This document shows positions 48,665 through 61,853 of a DNA stretch of 64,000 nucleotides, piece by piece; the stretch's first letter is position 1, and each line of letters opens with the position of its first letter. Origin of the DNA: Octopus sinensis (Eukaryota). The stretch is taken from the NCBI RefSeq assembly GCF_006345805.1, contig NC_043000.1:66774001-66838000 (forward strand), in the 5' to 3' direction. Below the pieces are notes generated by a model. The model was not told the origin of the DNA, searched no databases, and worked only from the letters and a program-made list of their open reading frames with translations. A program made the position numbers and the translations under genes.

Positions 48665-48860
48665 TTTCTTATAGGGCGGCGAGCTGGTAGAATCGTTAGC
48701 ACACCAGGCGAAATGCTTTGCGGTATTTTGTCTGCCATTACGTTCTGAGTTCAAATTCCGCCGAGGTCAACTTTGCCTTTCATCTTTTCAGGGTCGATGT
48801 AATTGACTTAATCCCTTTGTCTGTCAGTGTTTGTCCCCTCTATGTTTAGCCCCCTTAATT
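48665..48860 (+). mobile_element. tRNA-derived SINE
   Basis: GGCGGCGAGCTGGTAGAATCG A box, GAGTTCAAATTCC B box. Confidence 0.85.
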
Positions 48861-50375
48861 CCTTTATCTACTAAGATACCATCAGGAATCACTGCAAAGA
48901 TGTTTAAAATATCTGGTGGTGTCAGCTATAGTCTAGTCACCTGTATAGTCAATCAGGTGATCGATGTAATTGACTTAATCCCTTTGTCTGTCAGTGTTTG
49001 TCCCCTCTATGTTTAGCCCCCTTAATTCCTTTATCTACTAAGATACCATCAGGAATCACTGCAAAGATGTTTAAAATATCTGGTGGTGTCAGCTATAGTC
49101 TAGTCACCTGTATAGTCAATCAGGTGATACATGAAGGAGTCATACCAATGACTGGTGTAGCAGTACCATAGTCAACTGCTACAAAGGTAAAGGTGATGCA
49201 TTTGATACGAATAATTACAGAGGTATCAAATTGTTGGATCAGGTAATGAAAGTCACAGGGAGGGTCATAGCCAAACTAATTAGAGAAAGAGTCAGTTTGG
49301 ATGAGATGCAGTTTGGGTTTGTGCCAGAGAAAAGCACCACTGATGCTATACTTCTGGTAAGACAGCTGCAGGAGAAATACCTAACCAAAGATAAACCTCT
49401 ATACCTGGTTTTCGTTGACACGGAGAAAGCCTTTGACAGAGCAAATGCTCAGGGGCAATAAACACTGAAAATGTGTAGAAAACAGCTTCCTTGACATGCT
49501 AGGAGGAAAAACTAGAAGTAGTTGATAGCTTCCGTTACTTAGGCAACCAACTCTGTAGTAGGGGGGGGGGTGCTCTGAGAGTGTAGCTGCTAGAATAAGA
49601 ATAGCCTGAGCAAAGTTCAGTAGCACCTACTTCTTTTGGTGGCAAAGGGCCTCTCACTCAAGAATAAAAGGTAGACTGTATGATGCATGTGTGTGAACAG
49701 CTATGTTACATGGCAGTGAAACATGGGCCATGACTGCTGTGAAACATGGGCCACAACTTTCAAACATTAGGCCTCATGGAGGCGATGACAATTGACCAAG
49801 ACCTTTGGAGATGTGCTGTGCTTGAGAAGACCTGGCAAGCCAAATGAGATCATAACTGTGGCCTATGCTAGCGCAGCATAACTGGCCCATTTCAGAGTAC
49901 CATTCAATCATTGGGCAATAAACTGCACTTGCAAAGACCTGTTGAGTCAAGTGAAGTCATTGTTGTGGTCGATTATAGTACCACCTGATTGGTACCCAGT
50001 TATGTGGCACATAAAAAGCACCATTCGAGTGTGGTCAATGCCAGTGCCTCCTGACTGGTCCTGTGCCGGTGGCATGTGAAAAGCACCATTCATGTATGAT
50101 CGTTGCCAATTCCAGCTGACTGGCTCCCATGCTGGTGGCACATAAAATGCACCATTTGAGTGTGGTCGATGACAGTGCTTCCCAACTGGCCCTCATGCTG
50201 GTGGCACGTAAAAAGCACCCACCGAACTCTCAGAGTCGTTGGTATTAGGAAGGGCATCCAGGTGTAGAAACTTTGCCAGATCAGCCTAGTGCAGCCTTCT
50301 GGCTTGTCAGCCTTCAAACCGTCCAACCCATGCCAGCATGGAAAGCAGATGTTAAATGATGACGACGATGATGAT
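48860..50375 (+). mobile_element. RTE-clade LINE with the RT core deleted, plus 3' UTR and (GAT)n tail
   Basis: YKGKGDAFDTNNYRGIKLLDQVMKV..QFGFVPEKSTTDAI..VDTEKAFDR jumps to LEVVDSFRYLG..LHGSETWA. Confidence 0.9.
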
Positions 50376-50429
50376 GTATGTATGTATGTATGTTTGTATG
50401 TAGGTATGATGTATGTATGTATGCATATA

Positions 50430-52082
50430 TAGGATATTCCCTCACCACTATTCACAGCGCCCTTGCCAGAGCACGTTCCATGGACTGTGCATCTGCTCTC
50501 TTCCCCAAACTCGCCCTGCAGTCTCCCACCTCCCTTTCCCCTCACCTACCACCCCACCACCCTACCTCTCCAACGCACCATTCTCCGAGCTTTCTGGCAT
50601 CTCCAGTCCAACCCGTCACTTCACACGTCTTCCCTAACCAACCCCTACCCTCCTTCAAACGAGCCCACAACCTATGAGACCTCTTGGTCCACAGCTTCTT
50701 CCCCAACCCTACCTCCCAACCTGGCTCATTCCCCTGCTCCCGCCCACGCTGCCCTTACCTCTACAACACCACCCTCCTCACCGGCACCCATCATCGACCC
50801 TATCATATCACCGACTCCTTCACCTGCACCTCTACCAATATCATCTATTGCATCTCCTGCTGTCTCTGCCATTCTCTGTACATTGGACAAACGGGACGCC
50901 GCTTGGCTGACTGGTTCGCAGAACACCTCTGAGACATCCGCCTTGGCAATGACACCTCGGTCTCATGCCATTTCCGCTCTACCGGTCACTCTTTGCAACA
51001 CCTGTCCGTGTTTGGATTGTCCTTGCACAGAGGCCATCCTGACTCCCGTTTGCGCCCTGAACAGGGATTAATCTTCTCTCTTTGCCTTTGGGCTCAACTC
51101 CCCTCCCCTCTTCATCTAACCTCCTCCCTTTGCCTCTCTCCCCCTCCCTCCTACTTCCTCCCACCCACCTCCCCTCTCTTACTCCGACTCCTACTTCTCT
51201 TCTCCCCTACTCTCTTTCTTCTCTCTTACTCTCTCCTACTCTCCCTCTCTTTCTCTCTTCTCTCTCTCTCTCTATCTCTCTTCTCTCTTACTCTCCCACT
51301 CTCTCTTTCTCTCTTACTCTCTTTCTCTCTTTCTACATACCCATCTTCCCCTTCCCCCTTCATCGTCAACCCTCCCCCATAAGCCCACCCCACCCCTACA
51401 CATTCCTACTCCACCTTCCCTATCCTTCCCATCCCACCCCATCCCATCCCATCCCTTACACCCTATCCCACATACCCACCTCTACCCCCACCCTCTACAT
51501 ACCCACAACCCACACCTCTACCCCCACCCTCTGCCTACTCACATACTCCAACTCCACCCCAACCCTCAGCCTAACCCACACCCCACCTGTGCTTTCCCTA
51601 CTCTCGCCTCTCCCACCTCCCAACAACATCACACCACACCACACTACACATCATATCACACCACACCACACTACACATCATATCACAACACACCACCCAC
51701 ACACCAGCACTGACCAATTCCCATCCCCACATTTTCACACCTACACATACACACACGCATACATCAGGACCACCAGCCCTCTTTCACATGCACACACGTA
51801 CTCTCTTATACACGCAGGCACCTTCATTGTGGGGGTCATCTTTACTTTGTTATCTCCCCTACTTCGCTCTCCTATGTGACCCTTCTGTCCGTCAGTCGCC
51901 ATGATAGATTGGTAGCCACTACACACATCTTTTTTCTCTCCTTGTTTTTTTCTGAGTCCCTTTCTGTAGAAGAGCGTAGGCTCGAAACAAAAGACTTTTT
52001 CAATTCCTGAGCGTTATACTAATACATCTGTTTGTTTTCTACACCACCTGTCTTCGTCTTTTGTTTTTTTCGTGAACTCTTC

Positions 52083-52085
<3 letters not shown>
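50430..52085 (+). mobile_element. Penelope-like element, 5'-truncated (RT C-terminus plus GIY-YIG), pyrimidine-rich 3' region, HHR-like motif
   Basis: SFTCTSTNIIYCISC..LYIGQTGRRLADWFAEHL; homologous to the 30954-31400 region. Confidence 0.88.
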
Positions 52086-52124
<39 letters not shown>

Positions 52125-52176
52125 GCATGTATGCATGTATATATGTATGCATACTTGTGTATGTGTTTATATATAT

Positions 52177-52225
<49 letters not shown>

Positions 52226-52254
52226 CATCATCATAATTTATAGTCCACTAGCCA

Positions 52255-52640
52255 TGGAAGAGGTAGACCCAGGAAAACCTGGGATGACGTGGTGAAGCAC
52301 GACCTTCGAACATTAGGCCTCACCAAGGAAATGACTAGTGACCGAGACTTTTGAAAATATGCTGTGCATGAGAAGACCCACAAGCCAAATGAGACCATAA
52401 TCTAATGGCCTTTGGGCACTAAAACTCTGCTTGCGAAGACCTGTTGAAGCAAGTGAAATTGAAATAAAAATCAAATTCAATGACTGGCATCCGTGCTAGC
52501 AGGGTGTAAAGAACACCATATGAGTGTGATTGTTGACAGAGCAGCTAACCAGCTTCCGTGCTAGTGGCACACAAAAGGCACCATTTGAGTGTGATCATTA
52601 CCAGCGTCGCCTTACTGGCACTTGAGCCCCGTACTAGTAG
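52255..52640 (+). mobile_element. RTE 3' fragment
   Basis: GRGRPRKTWDDVVKHDLRTLGLT..DRD and the 3' UTR repeat. Confidence 0.8.
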
Positions 52641-53331
52641 GGTGTTAAGAGCATGTATGTATGTGTGTGTATATATATGTGTGTGTGTGTGTATAAATCT
52701 ATATCTATCTGTCTATCTATATATGATGGACTGTCCTGCAAAGATGATGAATGAGTATTCAGCTTATGGTAAACAACTTGCACAAATGATTTGTTTACAG
52801 TGATCAAACGTATATGCTGTGCATTAACCAACTCTCACCATCAAATCAATGTTACTTGAACTGGTGCACAGTGTACCACACATCAGGTGTGAAAGTAATT
52901 CACACCTAACTCCCCAGACTGCAACCCCCTTTGATTATTATGAGGGGCACAGCTTTCCGTGTACACAAGAAATAAAAAATGATTGTAGGTCTTGTACAAG
53001 AAAAAGTTTTAAAATGCTTCCAGCAAATCAAAAAAATAACTCAACTGGAGACACAAGTCCATGATAACCAGTAAACATAAATTTCTTATATCTTTCCATT
53101 TTTATCGTAATAACTCTAGGCAAATAGGTAGTCAAATTGCAAAACAGTACAAAAGTTACGTGTGTCTGCTGATTTGACATGAAGGCATGATTATATAATT
53201 TACATTATGTAACTAATAATCACCTTATGTTAATGAAATGGTGTAACTAAATATCTTACAGAGAAGCTGTCAAGTTTTGTTTTGTTTTATGTGTGTGTGT
53301 GTCTATGTATTTGCATGCATCCATGTGAGTG

Positions 53332-53389
<58 letters not shown>

Positions 53390-54534
53390 TGTGTCTGTGT
53401 CTGTGTACTGTGAACAAATTAGTATGTTAAACAAAAATGCTTTGCAATCTTTAGGTCCATCTGTGTCACTTTGCTATCTGTCAATGTTGATTTGCCATTC
53501 ATTTCTGACAAGATTCTTAAAATAAGAACCACAAATTCCTTGGGTCTATGTAATTAACAAAAACATTTAACTGAAAATAATCTTTATATCATGGATATGT
53601 TATTAAAATGCTACTGATGAAGTGCATGTATGCTGAAATCCCATGATCTGACAGTTTTGGCACTCATGTCTGACGAATCTCATCTACAGTGATATAGTCT
53701 GTGCTCTTAATATTGTATGTCTATATGAAGAAATCTCTCAAGGTGAATACTGCAGTATAAGATGTTCTAATAATACATCCAAGATCTAATAATGCATAAA
53801 AATTGCCATTTAATAGAATAAAAGAATTCTGTTTTGATTCTGAATCATAAAATTTGAAATTCTAAAGGAAAAACTATGATTTAAATTGTATAGGTTATAT
53901 CTATAAATAGATATTATAATAAATAATTCAAGAAAACTGAAAATTGAAGTAACAACTCTTATTTTGCTTCCCAATCAAGAGTTTAATCTTACAATAACAA
54001 AATTAAATTTCATAGTTATTCCAGTAATGATGTTAAATATCTACCCCAAAATAAAATTGGTATTTTCTACAAATCACATTACTGCTATAAACTTGATATT
54101 CTCAATAAAAAATAGTTTCAAACATTACATTCCTCAGCAAAAGACAGACTGGTATGTAAAACTGCTTTCTGCAGTTAAGGGCAATGAAATTTTGAGAGAA
54201 TATATCTGATTTCCGTGGTAAAAGGATTAACTGTTACAACTCAAAATATCAGAATTAGTTTGTATGTTAGGGTGTCAGATGAAATACCTTCTGGTATTTA
54301 ATCTGGTTATGTTCTGAGTTCAAATCCCACCAGAGTCATCTTTACTAGGGTTGATAAAATAAAGTACCAGTGAAATAGTGGGGGTTTGATGTCACTGACT
54401 AGCCCCATCCCCCAAATTCCAGACCTTTTGACTATACTAGAAGCAACTTTGTTTCATTTAATGGATTTAAAATTCTTTCCTAGATTTCAGTTTTTCTTTG
54501 TGTGCTTGATATTTTTTATATTTTCTTCTTTTAG

Positions 54535-54660
54535 GTGTATTTATTTCAATTACATCTGTTGTTCTTGTTGATTTACTTGGTCTGGAGAACTTGACAAATT
54601 CCTTTGGATTGACTCTCTTGATTCAAGGTATTGCTACATTAATAGGACCACCCTTTGCAG
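54535..54660 (+). CDS. MCT transporter coding exon 4
   Basis: TTTTAG acceptor; GVFISITSVVLVDLLGLENLTNSFGLTLLIQGIATLIGPPFAG; GTGAGT donor; 126 nt (missed by the ORF track). Confidence 0.95.
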
Positions 54661-54742
54661 GTGAGTTAACTTTCTTCTTCTCAATATTTCTTCATATTTT
54701 TCCTTCCCTTTTTCAAAGACTTTTCACCAATTTTTTTCCAAG

Positions 54743-55115
54743 TGCAGGAGTAGTTGTGTGATAAAATACTAGCTTCCCAACCACATGGTTCTGGGTTCAA
54801 TCCCACTGTGTATCACTTTAGACAAGTGTCTTCTGCGATTACCTCAGGCCCAAAAAGCCTGGATTTGGTAGATGGAAACTGACAGGAGCCTCTTGTAAAT
54901 GTGTGTGTGTGTGTTTTCCCCACCACTGCTTGATAAACAGTGTTGGTATGTTTACATCCCTGTATCTTAGCAGTTTGGTAAAAGAGACCAATAGAATAAG
55001 TACCAGGCTTAAAAAAAAATAAAAAGAAGTACTGGGGTTGATTCATTTGACTAAAATTCTTGAAGGTGGTGCCCCGGTATGGCTGCAATCTAAACACTGA
55101 GACAAGTAAAAAAAC
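54743..55115 (+). mobile_element. Full-length SINE (diverged)
   Basis: Colinear with 37338-37738. Confidence 0.8.
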
Positions 55116-55319
55116 AATATGTTTTCAAAGTGATGGAGAAAATTATTACCTGACCAGATATTTTTCTTTTGCAAAAATAGCATAAAATGCAAAACTACTG
55201 TTATATAGAAACATATGTATCTAAGTTTATCAAATTAAACTAAAAACCAGGCTCACACTGCAAATACACTGCATGTTTAGGCCTACAGTTGTTTGAAAGT
55301 CCAGCAATGTTACATCATG

Positions 55320-55369
55320 TACAACAATATCATCATCATCATCATCATCATCAACAACAACAAGTAGTT

Positions 55370-55400
<31 letters not shown>

Positions 55401-55458
55401 CAGTAGTAGCAGCAGCAGTAGTAGTAGTGCAGCAGCAGCAGCAACAACAACAAATAAT
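55320..55458 (+). repeat. Compound trinucleotide repeat (CAT)(CAA)(GTA)(GCA)
   Basis: Direct inspection. Confidence 0.9.
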
Positions 55459-55541
55459 AGTTAAAAACTGTTAAGTAGAAAGACATATGTTGGCATAGTT
55501 TCATACTTCAACAGTAATCTGCATAACAATACCATATCCAT

Positions 55542-55574
<33 letters not shown>

Positions 55575-55607
55575 TTGTATGTATCTATATAATATATAAT
55601 TTATGAT

Positions 55608-55660
<53 letters not shown>

Positions 55661-56182
55661 TACATATGCATGTATGTTTATATTTTATGCAACATGTATC
55701 TTTCTAAGTTTATCATTTAGTTGTAGGGGCAAATTGTTAGTGCCGCTTGGAAGCCTCTTCAGATCGGTGAGGTCAATAAAGTTATGCTGACCTTAGTGAA
55801 AACATGGGTAGGGAAATATTCTTTTGGAGCATGTAATTTTGGGTTAGGAGAATTGATGAAGTGTGTAGCAATCAGCTGTGTGTTGAAATAGGATGGGATG
55901 AAAGGAAGAAATGTCTATGTACTGGCTGAACTCAAGTGAAAGTGGTATGCCGCCAACAAGTTTAGAGGTGTGGAAACCATCATAGTGACAGTAACAAAGA
56001 CGGAAAAGAATCAGTACTTCTGTGAGTTCATGGTTTTAGTGTTTTGGTGAATGAATTTTCCCCATTCAGCTGGATAACTTTCTTTGCATGTAGTTGCGAA
56101 TATGTATACATACTTAGTTTTTATTGCAAATAATAATCTGATATAATTTAGATAATCTAATAATTACATATATAATATGTAT

Positions 56183-56640
56183 GCATATGGTGTAGTAAGA
56201 AGCTTGCTTCCCAATCACATGGTTCTGGGTTCAGTCCAACTGCATGACACTTTGAGCAAGTGACTTCTACTATAGCCTCAAGCCAACCAAAACCTTGTGA
56301 GAGAGAAAAAGAGAAAGTGAGAGAAACAATAGATACATAAATCAAAAGAAAAGTTGATACATAGACATTGTTAAGTCGCCTTACTGGCACCTGTGCTAGG
56401 GGCATGTGTAAAAAGATTTGAGCGAGGTCATTGCCAGTACTGTCTGACTGGCTCCCATGTCAGTGGCACGTAAAAAGCACTCACTACACCCTCGAAGTGG
56501 TTGGCGTTAGGAAGGGCATCCAGCTGTAGAAACTCTACCAAATCAAGATTGGAGCCTGGTGCAGCCATCTGGTTCACCAGCCCTCAGTCAAAATCGTCCA
56601 ACCCATGCTAGTGTGGAAAGCGGATGTTAAACGATGATGA
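56183..56640 (+). mobile_element. SINE head (56183-56302) and RTE 3' UTR (56370-56640)
   Basis: Matches other copies in the window. Confidence 0.7.
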
Positions 56641-56689
56641 TGAAATATTGGATGTCACTTTCACTTTTCACTACCACACAAGAATAAAA

Positions 56690-57440
56690 TTAACTTGCAA
56701 GTGGCTGAGTACTCCACAGACATGCATACCATTAATGTAGTTCTCAGAGAGATTCAGCCTCACACAGAATATGACAAGGCTGACCTCTTTCAGTTACAGC
56801 TACAACTCATTTTGGCCAGCTGAGTGGACAGGAGCAAGATAAACCTTCAAGTGGTTGGAAGAAAATTAAAAAAAAGATCCTATATAGGGGCAGGAAAATA
56901 TTTTTAATCATTAGGGTTACTATGGGTGTTAATCTGATCCTAACAGTGGCATTTGTGGGTCTCACAGATCTGGAGGCCAAGCCCCTAGATAAACAACAAT
57001 GCACAGGCTGTTGTTGTCAAACTGAGTGTGAGTCGAGGGTGAATACATGACAGAAAAGCAATTATTTCATCTTAGCTTTCACTGCTTATATTAAACATGA
57101 CATTTTTGCCTTATGATATGGAATATTTCCTTTTCTTTCACTCTTTTTTAAAAAATGGCACTCTGTCACTTGCGATGATGAGGTTCCTGTCTATCTGATC
57201 AATGGAACAGTCTGCTCATAAAATTAATGCGTAAGTGGCTGAGTACTCCACAGATATAACGTAGTTCTCAGGGAGATTCAGCCTCACACAGAATGGGATA
57301 AGGCTGGCTCCTTTGAGTTATAGCTACAACTCGTTTTTGACAGCTGAGTAGACTGTAGCAAGGTGATGTAGAGTACTTTGCTTAAGAACACACTGAGCCA
57401 AACACCTTCAGTCTCTTAAACCACTGAGCCAAGCACCTTC
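56690..57440 (-). mobile_element. Two related SINE fragments (56690-56860 and 57160-57440)
   Basis: Shared AAGTGGCTGAGTACTCCACAGA..GTAGTTCTCAG.GAGATTCAGCCTCACACAGAAT..CAGCTGAGT; core like the 11643 SINE. Confidence 0.65.
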
Positions 57441-57959
57441 ACTCTCTTAACCGTAGAGAAAAGGAGTGAAGCGATAGAGACAGAAAAAGGAAAGCATCAG
57501 TCATTTACAATGACAATTAGACTGAAATACGTTCGATCTTTTCCAGCTTCTTTACTTTTAACAATGAAGAGGTGGGAAAGACATTTAGTAAGGAATAGAG
57601 GGAAAGTCTTTCAAGTGTTTACATTTTTATTCTGGGAGTTCTAGAATGTTTGAGTGTTAGTTCATTCTTCTTTCTCCTATCCCCGGTATGTATTCGCCTT
57701 CTTTCATAGTTCTTCATGCTTTTTAGTTGGGGGGAAAGACCTTGTTTTTTTCAGGCACGTTTAACGTTTTCTCTACAAACAACAAACAAAACCCCACTAC
57801 CCTTCTGTTTTTTTCATACAAAAGCTAATGCAAATTTCAAACAGGGTACAGGTGTGAAAGAGCCCAGAAAATTGGGTAATACCCTCTAAAAAATGGGTGG
57901 GAGAGAAAAGTTGCCAACAGGTGGCTACACGAAATTCAACTCTAGAGTTTTTTCTACTA

Positions 57960-58172
57960 TAGCCTCGTGTTTGACCCCACCACCACCATTGCTTGACAAC
58001 TGATGTTGGTATGCTTGCACCTCCGTAACTCAGCTGTTTGGCAGAAGAGACTAATAGAATAAGCACCAAGCTTACAGGGAATAAGTCCAGGGGTTGACTT
58101 CTTCGATTAAAGGACAGTGCTCCAGCACGGCCACTGTCAATTAACTGGAACAAATAAAAGAATAAAAGAATA
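57960..58172 (+). mobile_element. SINE 3' half
   Basis: 37338-family tail ending AAAAGAAT repeats. Confidence 0.75.
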
Positions 58173-58461
58173 CCAGAAGAACATTCCGTACCACTAAACC
58201 AAGAAGGTTCTTTGAATATGTATGATGTATTTTAAGGCTAAATAGACTGAGATATTTTGGTTGGATTATATAGTTATCGGTTTTACACGTCTTTCTATAT
58301 TCTGTAACTGTCACAATATAGAAACATTTCTCATGGCTCCAGCACACAATTTACAGATGCTTACATTTTTTATGTTTTCTGTGAAGTTTTCAAGGGTCCA
58401 GCTAGTATAATATAATTATACTATAACAAGATATAATATATGATATGATATAACAAATAAT

Positions 58462-58724
58462 TAAAACAAATATATATCCTACAATTTGTTTCAATTCATA
58501 TCACTAGTGAATTTATAAAAAATTCACATTTATGTATATGAATTTCGTCTTGTATATGAATTTCGTCTTGTATATGAATTTCGTCAATTTGTCTAAAAAA
58601 TAGACCAGGGTAATATTTTTTAAATAAATATTACCCTGATGAGATTCATATACATAAATGTGAATTTTTTATAAATTCACTAGTGGTATGAATCAAAACA
58701 AATTGTAGGATATGCATTTGTTTT
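58462..58724. repeat. Diverged inverted pair of HHR-bearing elements with an 18-bp x3 tandem repeat
   Basis: Arms 58462-58549 and 58636-58724; 18-bp unit GTATATGAATTTCGTCTT from 58534. Confidence 0.8.
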
Positions 58725-59987
58725 AAGTAGAAACATCTGTAATGACACTGGTGCCAAATTGTAGTGGTGGTTGTGAAGATGGCAGATTTTTTTGCCATTT
58801 TAAAATTATTTGCTTGAAAAATTTTATTTAAATTTTAAATTAATGAAGAGTACTCATTCATCATTGGAGACATTGTGTGATAGTTGTAAAAGCGAGTGTC
58901 ACTCACAGACTAGCAGTGCCATTCGTTTTCAATATTCCACAAGAACATGTCTGACGATGGAGAAATATTACCTTGCTTGGAAATGAGTGCTGGTGATAAG
59001 AAGGGCATCTGGGCATAGAAATTCTATCTTAATAAACTTTGCTCAACCCATTCAATTTTCTAAGAGAAGAATTTTTATTTTTGAAGGTTGTTATCTCTCT
59101 GGAAGTTTCTATTGTTTATTCCCTAGACTTTTACAACACAGCATTCTTTCATGCACCTCAATCCTTTTCCCAAAATTCTGAAGTCAAATCTAACATTTTT
59201 TATAGAATATATGACATAATGAATTGTTATAAAGATATTCAAAGTGAATATTCATTTCAGATTCATCCCTACTTTCGAATTCATAACTAACTGCTAGTTA
59301 ATTTTTTGAGTCTTTATAGAAGACTGAATTGTTAGAGTACTAGAATGCCTTCTAGAATATGTCCTAATATTCTAAGTTCAAATCCCACTAACATCAACTT
59401 TACCTTTCATTTTGGGGGGATTATGAAGAAACAGTACCAATCCAAAGTGGTAGATTGGCAAAACTATCAGAGCATCAGATGAGCTGTCTTTTGGTCCTTT
59501 CTATTCTGAAGAGGAGCAATACCTGTGATGACATTGGTGCCAAATTGTACTGGTGGCTGTAAAGATGGCAGATTTTCTTGCATGAACAATTACCAAGTCT
59601 TCTACATAAAACCTTGGCCAGGCAGGCAGATATACATGCAGTATATGACTGGCAGAGGTCTTACAAAGAAGAGGAGGAGAGAACTTTTATAGTTATTGAA
59701 AAGTTCAAATAAATAAAAAAATTAACAAAAAACAGATTTCAAATTTCAGAAGTTTATTTCACAGTTTGTGACAAAATAATGTATTTTGGTTTTAAACTTA
59801 ATTTTAGAACAATCTCACATAGAAAGTTATTGCTATTTAACTCCCAGATAAGTTCTAACTAAGTGAGCAGATATATGATCAAAGGCAATGCAGCAGTAAT
59901 CATCCTAGGTGTTTTTTTTTCTCCCTTGCCCCAGAGAATGGATTACATTAAACTTCCATTTTCTTTAATATCTTTTTATGTTTTATC

Positions 59988-60331
59988 TTTTACTTGTTTC
60001 AGTCATCTGACTGCAGCCATGGTGGGTTTTTGAAGGGTTTTAGCCAAACGAATCAACCCCAGGATATTTTTTTATTCTATTGGTCTCTTTTGCAGGACCA
60101 CTAAGTTATCGGGATGTAAACACACTAACACTAGTTGTCATGCAATGATGGAGGACAAACACTGACACAAAGTCACAAACACATCACACACACACACACA
60201 TATACGATGGGATTCTTTCAGTTTCTGTCTACCAAATCCACTCACAAGGCTTTGGTTGATCAAGGTACCATACAGTGGGATTGAACCTGGAAACGTGTTT
60301 GGAAAGCAAGCTTTTTACCACACAGCCGTGC
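59988..60331 (-). mobile_element. Full-length SINE (diverged)
   Basis: Reverse complement colinear with the 37338 copy. Confidence 0.8.
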
Positions 60332-60594
60332 TTAATGTAATAAAGTATATTTTGAAGAAAGTTTGCATGTTATGTTTGCATACTCTCTATGCACTTGTTT
60401 GGCCTTCTGCAAACATAGGAAGTCAAACAACCACAGAAAATTTCGTTTTGGCTCCATATCTTATTTATAGATGAAATTCAACTTGCAGCTAATATAATTA
60501 AACATGATATAATAATTGCTGGACTTAAGTATATGTTTAAAATTTTCTTTTAACAAATCAGTTTTAAAAGATTTTTTTTATTTTTTGATTTCAG

Positions 60595-60824
60595 GATGGC
60601 TGTACGATGAAACAAAGAACTATGACTTCTCTTTTTACCTAGCTGGAATTACATTGGCTGGGGGTGGTCTTTTGTTATATATTATACCATTTTTAAAACA
60701 ATACAAAAAGAAAAAGCAACATGTGATGACTGAACTAGTGTCAGATGCACCGCCACTGAACAGTACACCTCCACAAATTGTTGTTAGCTTAACAGATATT
60801 GATTCTAATCACGAAGAATTGTGA
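60595..60824 (+). CDS. MCT transporter coding exon 5 (terminal)
   Basis: TTTCAG acceptor; GWLYDETKNYDFSFYLAG (conserved MCT TM12 region); TGA at 60822-60824; summed CDS length is divisible by 3. Confidence 0.95.
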
Positions 60825-61722
60825 TCATTTTACAGATATGACTAATTTTATAATTACGTCATTCATTCACTTAGTCCCACTAAAGCAGGAAATATTTCTC
60901 AGGTCATGCAAGAAAACTTTATCAATTTATATTCACCAAACATTAATTTCAATCATGGAGTTTCTCATATTTTGCTATCAATACATTATTCATTTAGCTC
61001 AGAGTCCCTTGTATGATATGATTCTACATATGTTTATGTATACATATACCACTCTATATATATATTTATAAACATATGTGTAAGATATGTATTATCAAAG
61101 CCAAATATCTTGTGTAAATACATGCACATACACACACACACACACACACCACACACACACACACATACACACACATGTATATACTTATATAAATATATAC
61201 ATGAGTGTGAAAACATTTAAACATGTCTGTAGGGATGGTGAATTGGCAGGGTTGTTAGGGTATTGGATGAAATACTTTATGGTATTTATTCTAGCACCTT
61301 ACATTCTGAGTTGACACCTTGCTGAGACCATCTTTAGTTTTCATTCTTCCAGGGTTAATAATTATAGAACTAATCAAGGATTGTGGATTATCAGAACTAT
61401 TAGATCATCAGACATTGTGGTATTTTTTTTTAATTGTTGAGTTCTGAGTTCAAATCTTGCCGTGGCCTACATAGATGGTACAATTAATATGTCATCCGAT
61501 TTAACACTACCACCACTGGGTCCTTGTGTGCCTTTAGCAGAGTCCACCACTCTGTTGCAAGCATTTAGGTCAGGTCTCTCATTTGAAGAGGTCTTCCCCA
61601 TTCCCACCAGTCTAGGAGGCTCTGAAAAGGGTCATAGGCCCTGCTCTTCATCCTGAGTAAGCAATATATATAGATATATATACACATATATAGATGTATA
61701 TATATATGTTAATATATGTATG

Positions 61723-61757
<35 letters not shown>

Positions 61758-61810
61758 ATGTGTGTGTATGAGTATATACATACATATATATATGTGTGTG
61801 TGTACATAAA

Positions 61811-61853
<43 letters not shown>

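Noticed and set aside
49960-50230. Regularly spaced repeats resembling a CRISPR array
   Set aside because: Units are diverged along their whole length with no unique spacers, no cas genes, a eukaryotic context, and they lie in an RTE 3' UTR
55735-55800. CTGAAGA-GGCTTCCAAGC on the minus strand
   Set aside because: No GAAAC or cleavage triplet; not supportable as an HHR
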